Below, in pieces: positions 23,845 through 34,862 of a stretch of DNA of 64,000 nucleotides; position 1 is the first letter of the stretch; each line of letters opens with the position of its first letter. The DNA is from Chamaesiphon sp. Lineage in GTDB: Bacteria > Cyanobacteriota > Cyanobacteriia > Cyanobacteriales > Chamaesiphonaceae. The translations under genes and the position numbers were made by a program. The stretch spans positions 64,001 through 128,000 of the forward strand of contig CBDFFH010000036.1 in the NCBI GenBank assembly GCA_965246715.1, given 5' to 3'. Below the pieces are notes generated by a model. It was not told the origin of the DNA. It saw nothing but the letters and a program-made list of their open reading frames with translations, and searched no databases.

Positions 23845-24423
23845 ATGCTAATTGGCTACGCTCGTGTTTCAACAGAAGATCAGAACCTCGATCTTCAAAA
23901 AGATGCTTTACTTACAATTGGCTGTGAGAAAATTTTTGACGATCGAATGAGTGGAGCCAAAGCCGAACGTCCAGGACTCACCAAAGCGTTAGAGATTTGT
24001 AGGAAGGATGATACCCTCGTAGTGTGGAGACTGGATCGACTAGGGAGATCGCTAAAAGACTCGATCTCATTGGCTGAAACCCTGAAAGAACGAGGAGTTG
24101 GACTTAAAAGCATCCAGGAATCGATCGACACTACCACCTCTGGATGACAATTAATTTTTCACATGTTTGGTGCACTGGCTGAATTTGAGCGCAATCTTAT
24201 TCGAGAGCGGGTTAACGCGGGGCTAGTTGCCGCTAGAGCTAGGGGTAAAGTTGGTGGTAGACCAAAGGCTCTAGACGAGAAGAAGAGACAGGTCACAATC
24301 GATTTATATCGAGCTAATCAGCATTCTATTGGTGAGATCTGCCAAATGATGGGGATTGGTAAGACGACGTTGTATAAGTACCTGGATGGTCATCTCGATA
24401 AAGCTCAAGCAGTAGTACGATAG
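23845..24423 (+). pseudogene. Serine resolvase/invertase with an internal in-frame TGA
   Basis: GYARVST...RLDRLGRS...SG*QLIFHMFGALAEFER...HTH; stop at 24145-24147. Confidence 0.9.
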
Positions 24424-24829
24424 GCTTGTATATTACAAGCTGATATTTGAGTTGTTATTGTAATTAGGAAAAATAGATTTAACTCAGAATCTATTGCTTA
24501 CCCTTGAGCTACAAAGGTTTTAGAGATTATTTACAAACAGTTTAGAATCAAAAGATTTTTCCAAACCGGAATGTAAAACTTGTGTGAGTTCGAGCTGACC
24601 AGCGTGGCCAGAGAGCGATCGACAGAGAAGTCGTGTTACGAGATTAGTCGCTCGAACGGTTTTCTCAATTTTGTATGGCCCTGAGCAATATCGCGGAATT
24701 ATCGATGAGATTTCGGAGGATTTCATTAATCTGGACGCGATCGGCTCAAAAACCTGTAGATTCCAAGATACTGCTATACTCCAGCAAGAGAGAAATAGTA
24801 CATACCCCGCAGACATCGATCGATTATGA

Positions 24830-25378
24830 ATGGATACCTACCAAATCAGGCTTAGTAGCAGTAATCAGACAATCTATTTGTCGGAAGCGACGCGAGACGA
24901 CATTGAGAGTGCCAGATCGATTCTCAAGTGTGACTGGTTGAATATTTGGAATCATTTATACCCTGACTATGAAGCGATCGTCAAGCTAGAGTGTGATAGC
25001 GGAATCCAAGGATTGATTCATTTCGCACTCTATCCTTATCCCCAAAAAGATGGTAGACCCGAATACTTGGAAGTAATCCATATAGAAGCCATTCAGTCAC
25101 CAATTCGGCTCAAGCCAGTCGGTTTGTTTCTGCTCTGGTATGCGACTAAGATTAGTCTAGATTTTGGGTGTAGTGGGAATGATGAGGGTTCCATCGTTGA
25201 GCTTGATGCTCCAGAAACTGCCATTGACTACTACCGTAATAAGGTTAAGATGGAAGGAAAGGGATGGGTAACTATCAGCCCAACGGAGGAAGGTTATGCT
25301 TTCAGGTTTTCTAAAGAACAAGCCATCGAGTTCTGTGCAAGAATCGAGCAACAATACGGAATCCCCTATCCAGTTTGA
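24830..25378 (+). CDS. Hypothetical protein, possible GNAT fold
   Basis: IQGLI...YLEVIHIEA...VGLFLLWYATKISLDFG...AIDYY pattern. Confidence 0.5.
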   Translation: MDTYQIRLSSSNQTIYLSEATRDDIESARSILKCDWLNIWNHLYPDYEAIVKLECDSGIQGLIHFALYPYPQKDGRPEYLEVIHIEAIQSPIRLKPVGLFLLWYATKISLDFGCSGNDEGSIVELDAPETAIDYYRNKVKMEGKGWVTISPTEEGYAFRFSKEQAIEFCARIEQQYGIPYPV

Positions 25379-25708
25379 GAGATTGGACGATCGAGCTTAC
25401 ACTGAAGGCTCTGATGATGTCATGACTCTATGCACATACCCAGAGATGACACCTCAAGAGCGTTATGAATTTCGTAAGCAGAATAAGCCGTCGCTTACAA
25501 GAAGAAAGATTTAGACAACAAGCTACGCTTACGATGTCCCTGCTAGTTTTTACTGGTGGGGACATTTTCATTGTGGGATCGAAGATTGTAGCGACAAACG
25601 AGCATTGTCATTATAATGGGGTAGTCCTAAGCCCACTGTTTAACCCACTGTATTATCAATGGGAGGGCTAAAAGCTTTATACTGCATAGTTTTCAGGTAT
25701 TGCCGATA

Positions 25709-25755
25709 CTACCATGGCATGGTAGGGGTCTGCGGTTCGAGACCGCATAGCTCCA
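25709..25755 (+). other. 3' fragment of tRNA-Ala(GGC), att-like
   Basis: Anticodon arm CTACC-ATGGCAT-GGTAG, T-arm TGCGG-TTCGAGA-CCGCA, then TAGCTCCA; no 5' half. Confidence 0.8.
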
Positions 25756-25831
25756 TTGGTTAGGGTCAATACTCAGTAAGGCTTTTAGGAATCACTTCAC
25801 TCCTAACAGCCGAATTTTTGTGTCTATATAC

Positions 25832-26868
25832 GATACCTGTCTAAATGTTAAATTTGGGAGAAATAAAATTGGCAGAAGCTACCGTGGGAAGATACATTCA
25901 CACGGTAGCAGAAGATGCTAGAGACGATATTCGATACCTTTGTTCAACATAGCCCGATTAGCGTGATGATGCCAGGGTTGATGGAGCGAATCTTACAGCC
26001 GGAAAAACTAGATGAGATCTTTGCTCGGCATGGAAAATTGCAGGATCACAGAGAACTGATGTTTTCTGACAGTCAAAGCCAACCAATTATGGATTGCTGA
26101 CCGGAATATGTGTACGCTCGATTGGATGATGGGGATTTCCCACAGACAAGCCAGCTTTGTCATTCGAGAGCATCTGAACTTACCGTGGATAGCCAATGCG
26201 GAATTGACCTTCTGCGGTCATGTTGAGGGTGGTCAATTATGGTCACAACCGATTGAGATTGCTCGTGGAGATGAAACGCTGAAATTCCGCCGGATTGTGC
26301 TCCGATTGAAGACACCATCTCGACATGGGGATGCAGAAATTGTGGTGTTGACCAATTTGCCCATCACGGCTGCCAGTGCTCAAATAGTAATGCAATTGTA
26401 CCGAGAACGTTGGCAGGTGGAGCGGTTATTTTTAACCGTGACCCAAAACTTTGACGGCGAAATTAACACTTTGGCTTACCCCAAAGCTGCGCTGTTCAGT
26501 TTTAGCTTGGCGTTAGTTGCCTATAATCTACTGGCCACCTTAAGAGCGGCTTTAGCTAGCGTTCATGGTGTGGGTAAAATTGAGGCATCCTTGTCTGATT
26601 TTTATCTTGTTGATGAAATTCAGGGGACTTACCGTGGCATGATGATTTCGCTGCCACCAACAGCTTGGCTGTGTTTTGGCGATTTTGCTTTAACTGATTT
26701 TGTGCTGCTGCTCCAGGATTTAGCCTCGAAAGTTCATTTAACTCGTTTTCTCAAACAGCCCCGCAAGGAGAAGAAAAATCAGCCGCCTTTGGTTAAAGAT
26801 CCCAAGCATCCTCATGTTTCTACTGCCAAGCTTTTATCTGGCAGCTAAATAACATTTAGACAGGTATC
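25832..26868 (+). mobile_element. IS4-family element, internally deleted (ORFs 25915-26100 and 26108-26848)
   Basis: IRs GATACCTGTCTAAATGTTA; TSD GTCTATATAC; homologous to the 55814-57046 transposase. Confidence 0.88.
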
Positions 26869-26877
26869 GTCTATATA

Positions 26878-27034
26878 CTCACATCTTGCACCAATACATA
26901 AAGACTAATAAAAGCAGAGATTTTAGGGTACCCACAAGGGGCACCCCTACACAATTAACCTGTAGGGGTGCCCCTTGTGGGTACCCTGGATCTATGGTTA
27001 GCACTAGTATTTTTCGACTGGTGCAAGATCTGAG
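26878..27034. mobile_element. 157-bp MITE with IS701-type ends and an internal REP hairpin
   Basis: Ends CTCACATCTTGCACCA/TGGTGCAAGATCTGAG; TSD TATA; perfect 27-bp inverted repeat at 26925-26987. Confidence 0.9.
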
Positions 27035-27109
27035 TATACCTAAAATAATGGTTCGTTTTGGTGGTTGTGGTGGTTCTATCTATCACCCTTTTTATCACCC
27101 ATTTTTGTC

Positions 27110-28261
27110 ATGCAGATCGACGCACGAGGTAAGCGGTTAGTTATCCGCTGGAAGTTTGATGGTAAGCCCTATAGTCTCAGCTTTGCCGGATGCAATAATC
27201 CTATCGGTCAAATAATGGTCGAGGGAGTAGCCAACCGGATTAAGTTAGACGTTGCTTCTGGCAACTTCGATAAAACAACTCTCAAGTACAAGCCTCAGAA
27301 GTTGGGTAAGAATCCCACAGCCATTACTGCGATCGAACTATTCCAGCAATATATAGAGTATCAGCAGAAGGATGGATCGGTTCAGCAGGGGTCTATTAAT
27401 CGACTCAATGCGATCGCGTCGAAGCTGGAGAAGTTCATAGGTGATATCCCAGCGCAGAAACTCACCAAGACGATCGCTAAAAATACGATCGCTCAATGGT
27501 CGGAATCGGCTAACACCCAGACGATTAAATCCTATCTCTACTATCTCAAAGCTTGCTGGGATTGGGCTGAGGGTAAATATCACGTCCCACATATCAACCC
27601 TTGGAAATCCTCATTGGATCGATCGCGCAGTCGCAAGATTTCACCACCACAGAAGACAGATATTCCGTTCGCTATCTCCGAGCTAAGCTCAATTATTGGG
27701 GCGTTCGATCGTCATCCCCACTACTGCCATTACACAGATTTTGTCTCATTTTTGGCGGGTACTGCTTGCCGATTTGGTGAGGCTGTGGCTCTACGTTTTG
27801 AAAATTTAGGCGTTAACTATTCCACTGCATGGATTGGCTCTAGCATCAGTAGGGGCGTTTCTAATAAGAAAGGTAACAAGACTGGGAAAAGCCGCTTATT
27901 GAGGCTATCACCGACCTTACAGGCGATGTTATCAGCCAGGTTTGACAAAATGAAGCCACAGCCCACCGATTTAGTTTTCCCTTTGCCAAACGGCATCCCA
28001 ATAAACGATCGACGGTTTAGGGTTAGGGCGTGGACTGAGATATTAGTAGAATCTTGCCAGATTGCTTACCAATCTCCCTACCAAGTTCGTCACAGTGCGA
28101 TATCTCACGCTTTATTAAATGGTGCCAATCCAGTAGATCTCGCAGAACAGACTGGTCATTCCGTCAGAGTGCTACTTGAAGTCTATGCCCACGAGATCGA
28201 GTCGAAGTGTTTGTTTATTGAAGTTGGGAAAAATAATAAAATACCCATGAGTTGCGACTAA
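27110..28261 (+). CDS. Tyrosine recombinase/integrase with an arm-binding N-terminal domain
   Basis: TACRFGE, YQVRH, TGHS and VYAH catalytic motifs; likely ATG at 27110; TATCACCC direct repeats upstream. Confidence 0.9.
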   Translation: MQIDARGKRLVIRWKFDGKPYSLSFAGCNNPIGQIMVEGVANRIKLDVASGNFDKTTLKYKPQKLGKNPTAITAIELFQQYIEYQQKDGSVQQGSINRLNAIASKLEKFIGDIPAQKLTKTIAKNTIAQWSESANTQTIKSYLYYLKACWDWAEGKYHVPHINPWKSSLDRSRSRKISPPQKTDIPFAISELSSIIGAFDRHPHYCHYTDFVSFLAGTACRFGEAVALRFENLGVNYSTAWIGSSISRGVSNKKGNKTGKSRLLRLSPTLQAMLSARFDKMKPQPTDLVFPLPNGIPINDRRFRVRAWTEILVESCQIAYQSPYQVRHSAISHALLNGANPVDLAEQTGHSVRVLLEVYAHEIESKCLFIEVGKNNKIPMSCD

Positions 28262-28573
28262 CAACTCATGGGACAAAATTCAATTGTTAATTAATAGTAT
28301 GAACCATCGCACAATATCAGTCCAGTGTATTGATTTTAAACAAGTATATATTTTCGGCAAATATCTTCCATCTCAAGAATCAATAGACTCTGCATTATCG
28401 CAGGTTAGAGATAAAAGAAATCAGCAGAATTCATCAGTGTTCTTTAATGAAATAACTGAAGAACTCGATAAGTCATTCAACCCCGACGGTAATGAAAGTT
28501 GTCCTATCAAAAGCGGTTTATCAGATCGCGACAAACCATATCCGATCGATCTAGATAGGGTGTTAAACGACAA

Positions 28574-29509
28574 TAGACCTCCTGCGAAAGTATTAATCGA
28601 TCGCTTTTTGAGGTAGCAAAGAAAGCTCATAATTGTAGATACCAGCAATTAAATTAATCCTCAGACCAAATCTGCGCCGACAATTCCTATATTTTGATGA
28701 TAAGATTCTGAAGATATTTAATTTTCTGTGAACGTGTTCTCCTATAATTCTTTCTCTTGCTAGTTTCTTGGTGAATTTCTTCTGGTCTTTATTTAAAGGT
28801 GTTTTTCTCGTTTTTTTGATTGGAGTTTTACTGTTTGTATGAATCTTCTTGATTCCTTGATACCCGTGATCTGCTAGCAACTCTATCTTCTCTCCTAGCT
28901 GGATTGGATTTTCCTTGTATATTCTAAAATCGGGTACTTTTCCTTTCCCTACTACCACATAGAGAATCTCTTTTGTCTTTTTATCGACTAGTATTTGTCC
29001 TTTTAATGTGTGCTGCTTTTGCTTACCGCTGTAATATCTCTTTTGTTTTTTTTAGGTCTTTCTATCTCATGTTCTGCCACATCTATTACTAGTGTTTCTG
29101 TTTCTAAATCTAGTAATTCTACTTGCTTTTTTCCGATTACATTAAACATTCCTGACTTAATGAGTATATTTTCTACTTTTCTGACGTTCCTTAGTACATT
29201 TGTTTCGTCTAACTCCCAATCTCCTTCCATATGAAAATAGGTTCGATACTCTCGCCAATACTGTAATGTCATTAATATTTGGTCTTCTATATTCAGCTTG
29301 CTTGGTCTGCCGCTCTTTTTTGCTAGCACCTTTTCTGCTGCCACTACTTTTACCATTTGCTCAAATGTTGTCAAACTGACTCCACATAAGCGGTTAAACT
29401 CTTCTGGTTCTAAATTTTTAGCTGCTTCGTATCTCACAATCTCTTCTTTTTAGCTTGCTCTATTATCTATATTCTACATAACCGCGATCGGACTTTCGCA
29501 AGAGGTCTA
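28574..29509 (-). mobile_element. IS5-family element with two ORFs (29003-29437 and 28593-28958)
   Basis: IRs TAGACCTC(C/T)TGCGAAAGT; A8C slippery site near 29045; LADHGYQG motif. Confidence 0.88.
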
Positions 29510-29639
29510 TTTTATGGGTCGGTACAGCCCACAAACCAGTCATAACAGCCCATATTTTCCTGTAACCAGACAGCAAAAATCGACTCTTAGGAACTGATTT
29601 GTTTCCTAAAAGCCTTGCCTAGCTTGAGATCTAACCCTA

Positions 29640-29687
29640 TGGACGTACGCCGACTCGAACGGCGGACCTCATCAATGTCAACGATGC
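29640..29687 (-). other. 3' fragment of tRNA-Val(GAC), att-like
   Basis: CATCG-TTGACAT-TGATG, T-arm CGCCG-TTCGAGT-CGGCG, then TACGTCCA; no 5' half. Confidence 0.8.
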
Positions 29688-29839
29688 AGCTCGTTTCTTG
29701 AACGGCAAACACAGTAAAGCTTCGAGCTTCTACTGAAAACGAACGTGGGGCGAAATGTGGGGCTAACCCTTCATTTGAGCCTTTTCATTACTGAAAGTAA
29801 TGCTAACAGATTACTGACTGGACATAGCGGGAGCTGTTT

Positions 29840-30349
29840 TTATATGAGTTCCAATTCGGAGATCGACTCCATCGAGATATATAGCTTCATTGGCATTCTA
29901 GGGAAAGCTTTAAACCCATGCTTTAAATAAAATTTGGTGGCACTATCATCGATCGCATCAACCACCATCGCGACTGATGCTACCGTTCGGGTTGCCTCTA
30001 ATGCTCTCTTCATAGCATCCAATAGCAAGTAACCACGGTATCCTTTCCCCTGACAACTAACATCGACAGCCAATCTACCAAGTAATGTCGAGGGTAGCAA
30101 TGGATACCGTGGTAAACCTTTGGCTATTGGCTCGTCCAAGTCAGATACATCGATCGAGTATGAAGATAAACAGTAGTAGCCTAGTACCGTCTTCTCTGGT
30201 GGTTCGAGCAGCACGAATGGGGTAGATACAGCTTTCTTCAACTCTTGGGACGCTCTGAGCTTAATGTATTCAGCTAGACTCTGTTCCCCGCAGGTAAATA
30301 AGCTTCGATCGTGCTTCTTGCTCGTCAATAGTTCGATGCTAAGAGGCAT
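29840..30349 (-). CDS. GNAT acetyltransferase of the TacT/AtaT toxin type
   Basis: HDRSLFTCGE...LGYY...LLGRLAVD...VVDAID...FYLKHGF. Confidence 0.85.
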   Translation of the reverse strand: MPLSIELLTSKKHDRSLFTCGEQSLAEYIKLRASQELKKAVSTPFVLLEPPEKTVLGYYCLSSYSIDVSDLDEPIAKGLPRYPLLPSTLLGRLAVDVSCQGKGYRGYLLLDAMKRALEATRTVASVAMVVDAIDDSATKFYLKHGFKAFPRMPMKLYISMESISELELI

Positions 30350-30559
30350 TGCCGAATTGTCTATCGATAGAATATCCGATCGATAGGTAGCCTGAATAAT
30401 ATTCCTTACACATATATTTTGGTAATACCTAAAAAGTATATTTTAAGTCTCAATAAAGTATTCATTTAGTACTAAAAAAGCACTTACTAATTTTCAAGCC
30501 TCGAAATTGAGCTTCGATCGCAGCTAAGTTATTGAGTGTTATCATCTCGGATTCCCAGA

Positions 30560-32560
30560 TTAAGCCACTCGATCGCGAGCATATAAATATTGCTGGAATC
30601 CAACAAATACATCGCCGATCGTACCAACGCTACCCAGTTCGGCGACAGCATCGCGTAGATCGTGATACTTTAACTCCAACAGTTGCGGGAGCTTGGATCG
30701 ATCGAGTTCCCCCACTCCAGCTTTAATATATTGCTCCAGTACAAAGTCGAGAAACTCCTGTTGTTTACCGACATACCGCGAGAAAATTAGGGACTTATGA
30801 GCGATAACTCGATCGATCCGACTGATGGGTGCAGCGGCATAGGCAATATAAGCCAGCACATCGTACAGATCGCTACTCTCCGCATCAATCAGGCGGCTGA
30901 TTTCAGTCAATTGCTCCTCACCATAACCTTTTTCGGATAGTCCTGCTAGTAAGGCTTTACGGGTGTCTGGACGGCTCCAAATCGATCGTAACTCATCTTC
31001 GTCCTTAAATAGTTGGGGAATCTCACCGAACAGGCGTTCGACGAATTCGGCGGCGGTCATCGGTTTACCATCTGGAATCCAAAAGCTAGTGGCGATCCGA
31101 TGTTCGATCGATCGTTCCTTTCCATCAGCGAGTTTGATTTTGATTTTCTGAGGGCGAAGCGGTTCGATTTCGAGTTCGGCTTCATCATCATTCTCGCTAG
31201 AAATAGCTCTAGGTTCCCGTTCGGCGCGAGTTGTGACTACTACTGGCTCTTGGGGGTCGCCATCCCATTCGGGATCGTTGAAATGCTCGTAGGCTTTAAC
31301 AAAATCGTAGATAGTGAAGTAGTCTTTACCATCGAATAGACGGGTACCGCGACCGATAATCTGTTTGAATTCAATCATCGAACCAATTGGGCGCATCAAT
31401 ACGATGTTCCGCACATTCCTGGCATCTACCCCAGTTGAGAGTTTTTGGGAAGTGGTGAGAATGGTGGGGATATTTTTCTCGTTGTCTTGGAAGGTACTCA
31501 GGAATTGTTCGCCGAGTTTGCCATCATTTGCGGTGACGCGGACACAATAGTTAGGATTGGTACTAATTTTGATCTGGTTGATAATATTCCGCACGGCGAG
31601 GGCGTGGTCTTGGTTAGCACAGAAAACGATCGTCTTTTGATTCTGATCGATTTCTGCCATGAATAGCTGCACTCGATAGCGTTCGCGATCTTCCATTTCG
31701 ATGACGCGGTTGAAGTTGGATTCGGTGTAAACCCGTTCTTCATCTACCGCACCCTCAATGATTTCGTCATCAACATCGTAGATATATTCGTCTAGACTGG
31801 TTTCGATTTGTTTGACTTTGAAGGGGGTCAGATAGCCGTCGTTGATACCGTCTTTGAGGGCGTAGGTGTAAACCGGATCGCCAAAATAGGCGTAGGTATC
31901 GGCGTTATTGGTGCGTTTAGGGGTGGCGGTGAGTCCGAGTTGAACGGCGGGGGCGAAGTAGTCGAGGATGCCGCGCCAGTTGCTCTCGTCGCTGGCTCCA
32001 CCGCGATGGCATTCATCGATGATGATGAAGTCGAAAAAGTCGGCGGGGTAGTCGGTAAACTTGGGGGTGGGATTGCCTTCTGCATCTTTGCCCGTCATGA
32101 AGGTTTGGAAAATGGTGAAGAAAATACTCCCATTTTTGGGGACTCGTTTCTGCTTGCGGATCTCCGCTGGGTCGATCCTAACTAGAGCATCGTCCGGGAA
32201 GGCTGAGAATGAGTTGTAGGCTTGATTGGCGAGAATATTACGATCGGCTAAAAACAAGATCCGAGGTCGGCGAGTGGGCTGGTGGCTGAGGTTCCAGCGA
32301 CTTTGGAACAGTTTCCAAGCGAGTTGGAAGGCGATGAAGGTTTTACCCGTGCCTGTTGCCATTGTCAGCAAGATCCGGTTCTTACCTTGGCAAATTGACT
32401 CTAGGACGTGTTTGATGGCGTTGTGCTGGTAATAACGAGCTTCCCAGGTGCCGCTGCGATCTTCAAAGGGGATGGCGGCGAAAAGATCGCGCCACTGGTT
32501 AGATTGGCTAAAAGTCGCGTCCCAGAGTTCATCAGGGGTAGGATAAGTATCGATATAACC
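30560..32560 (-). pseudogene. hsdR: Type I restriction subunit R (EcoEI-like), N-terminal nuclease domain missing
   Basis: RYYQ, MATGTGKT, IIDECHR, LTATP and FKQIIGRGTRL motifs; frame opens mid-gene near 32560; no hsdM/S in the window. Confidence 0.85.
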
Positions 32561-33012
32561 TTAACGTATCGTCAAGCATTGTCAACTGATGTGTTAGAAA
32601 AGAATCGAATATCGTCCAGGTTTCAATTTTTTCGGGACAAGTATGAATCTAGTATGTTAGCCTTCTGCATTGATTCGATCGATTTAATTTGATGTAATAA
32701 CCCAGATCGATCGGAGAATAAACGCTCCACTTTTAGGAGAGGATTAATTTGATTGGAGCGATCGATTCTTTCTTTCAAAGTGTCGAGAGAGCTTGTACAT
32801 GTTAAACGATCGGTAGCTAAACCACTGAATCTCGCCGCTTCAAGTTGTGCGGTCGCTCGAGCAAATATCTTCGGTTTGATCGATGAGCTATCGACTAATT
32901 GAACTACGCCTAAATATTGTCCATAAATATTCAACTTTACCAATGGAATTACTACGATTGAGTAAAAATTCCAGCAGACTATCAGGATCGAGAAGTATTC
33001 GTATTAAGTCTA

Positions 33013-33537
33013 TCATTTAACTTCTTGAGTCGATTGTTTTTTCTGGCGTGTTTGAGTTACCCTCTCTGTACCTATTAGTTTACGAAGATCTGATAGCTCA
33101 TCTACTTTAGATTCTGAAGCTACGGTTTTACGAGGTCTACCGCCGCGTTTGCCGTTATCTCTTGAGGCTTGGGCTTTAGCTTCAGATTTCGACTTACCAC
33201 CGTGACGACCTAATTCAGTCATCCAGGCTTTAGAACCAAATAACCCCGATACTAATTGCGCTACTCCTAGATCTGCGTCTAAACTTTCCCAGTGCAAAGC
33301 AGATCCAGTTGGCATAATCTCCACTTCGGCTAGTTGTTCTGGAGTGCCATTTGCTAATCCTTGTAACAGTTGATAGGGAAAACCCATCATCACTCCGTTA
33401 GTTAGCTCGATGAATACTCGTTCGCTATCGGCTGCATACCAAGCTTTGACGGCTCTGGGTTCGGTTTCGGCTAGAGCTTTGCCAGCAGTTCTAGCTTGGT
33501 CGAACTGTGCTATTAATTCGGGACTAATATTACTCAT
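33013..33537 (-). CDS. DUF2442-family putative antitoxin
   Basis: LHWESLDADL; KAQASRDNGKRGGRP tail; overlaps the DUF4160 gene. Confidence 0.8.
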   Translation of the reverse strand: MSNISPELIAQFDQARTAGKALAETEPRAVKAWYAADSERVFIELTNGVMMGFPYQLLQGLANGTPEQLAEVEIMPTGSALHWESLDADLGVAQLVSGLFGSKAWMTELGRHGGKSKSEAKAQASRDNGKRGGRPRKTVASESKVDELSDLRKLIGTERVTQTRQKKQSTQEVK

Positions 33538-33763
33538 GAATTTCTTTCCATTTTTCTAACAGCTCTACTTGATGCTCGATTACTAGACTCAACGCTTTAG
33601 CTAGATCCTTGTTGCTGATTTTCCCTTCAACGTTAAATACTCTGGGTTCGACCAACTCTATCTTTACTTCTGCGTCACTTTTGAAAACATGTACGTGTGG
33701 AGGAAGATGGTCGTTAGGCCAAATTACAATCCTGAACCCATCTTGTTTGATAATTGTTGGCAT
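33530..33763 (-). CDS. DUF4160-family putative toxin
   Basis: MPTI...GFRIVIWPNDHLPPHVHV...LLEKWKEIH. Confidence 0.85.
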   Translation of the reverse strand: MPTIIKQDGFRIVIWPNDHLPPHVHVFKSDAEVKIELVEPRVFNVEGKISNKDLAKALSLVIEHQVELLEKWKEIHE

Positions 33764-34042
33764 ATTTACTCCCCTACCTTCGAGTATAACCTGTCGCTTG
33801 GGTTTGTGCAATCTTCACTTTAGTTGGCAAGGGTAGTTCACGATCGATTATTGTGGGGCATGGGTTTTGACGAGCGAAGGTAACTTAATCTAATTCTGCA
33901 CAGACTGGATGCATAATCTCTCAATTGTCTCTGCACTGCGGAGACAATCTATTCATCAAAAGGATCGATCGAGTCAAATCATCACTCATACTGCGATCGC
34001 CTCCTTATCAATTTTTGTCTGGAGAGGCTACGCCAACGAATC

Positions 34043-34300
34043 ATGCACCTCCACTTAACTGTGGGCGATATGGTATTGATGGGTGCTGACTGTCCGCCTG
34101 AGTACTTTGAAAAACCCCAAGGTTTTAATGTACACCTCCAATTTGGCAATGTGGAGGAAGGAGAGCGGATATTTAACGCATTGGCAGAAAATGGCACAGT
34201 CAAGATGCCTTTCCAGGAAACTTTTTGGGCTACCCGTTGGGGAATGCTGGTTGATAAATTTGGTACCCCGTGGATGATTAATTGTTTCGTAGCTACCTAA
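34043..34300 (+). pseudogene. VOC/PhnB-like protein, 5'-truncated
   Basis: MPFQETFWA.RWGMLVDKFGTPWMIN; the junction carries a partial double-hairpin repeat (34016-34038). Confidence 0.8.
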
Positions 34301-34365
34301 CCATTCGATTCACAGATCTAAAATTTCCCAATCTAGAAACCAAGTAAATAATCGGAGATTTCACG

Positions 34366-34779
34366 ATGAAAGTTATGGTAATTGTCAAAGCCAACACCGA
34401 CTCAGAAGCAGGGATAATGCCCAGCGAACAGATTCTGACTGACATGGGCAACTACAATGAAGAATTAGTCAAAGCTGGAATTATGCTCGCTGGCGAAGGA
34501 CTGCATCCCAGTTCAAAAGGCGTGCGGGTCAAGTTCTCAGGCACAAATCGGACTGTAACCGACGGGCCATTCGCAGAAACAAAAGAGCTGATTGCTGGCT
34601 TCTGGCTCTGGCAGGTGCCATCGATGGCAGAAGCGATCTCATGGGTCAAACGCTGTCCTATGCAAGAATCCGAACTAGAAATTCGTCCGCTCTTTGCAGC
34701 GGAGGACTTTGGCGCAGCCTTCACCCCCGAACTCCAGGAGCAGGAAGAACGCATCCGAGCTGAGACTCAGAAACTCTAG
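34366..34779 (+). CDS. YciI-family protein
   Basis: AGEGLHPSS, TDGPFAETKELIAGFW and EIRP motifs. Confidence 0.9.
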   Translation: MKVMVIVKANTDSEAGIMPSEQILTDMGNYNEELVKAGIMLAGEGLHPSSKGVRVKFSGTNRTVTDGPFAETKELIAGFWLWQVPSMAEAISWVKRCPMQESELEIRPLFAAEDFGAAFTPELQEQEERIRAETQKL

Positions 34780-34862
34780 AATTAATTGGGCGATCGTCCA
34801 GCAAAATGCTAACAAACATGTCAGCATTTTGCTTCGCTATGGAGTTAAGTCATGGAGGGGCA

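Noticed and set aside
25709..25755. Functional tRNA-Ala gene
   Set aside because: The 5' acceptor strand and D-arm are absent
29640..29687. Functional tRNA-Val gene
   Set aside because: Only the anticodon arm to the 3' end is present
32559..32600. Tn3-like IR at the hsdR breakpoint (CCTTAACGT)
   Set aside because: Only 9 bp match and there is no terminal CCCC
32623..32943. 106-aa ORF between hsdR and the TA pair
   Set aside because: No recognisable motif; cannot support a call
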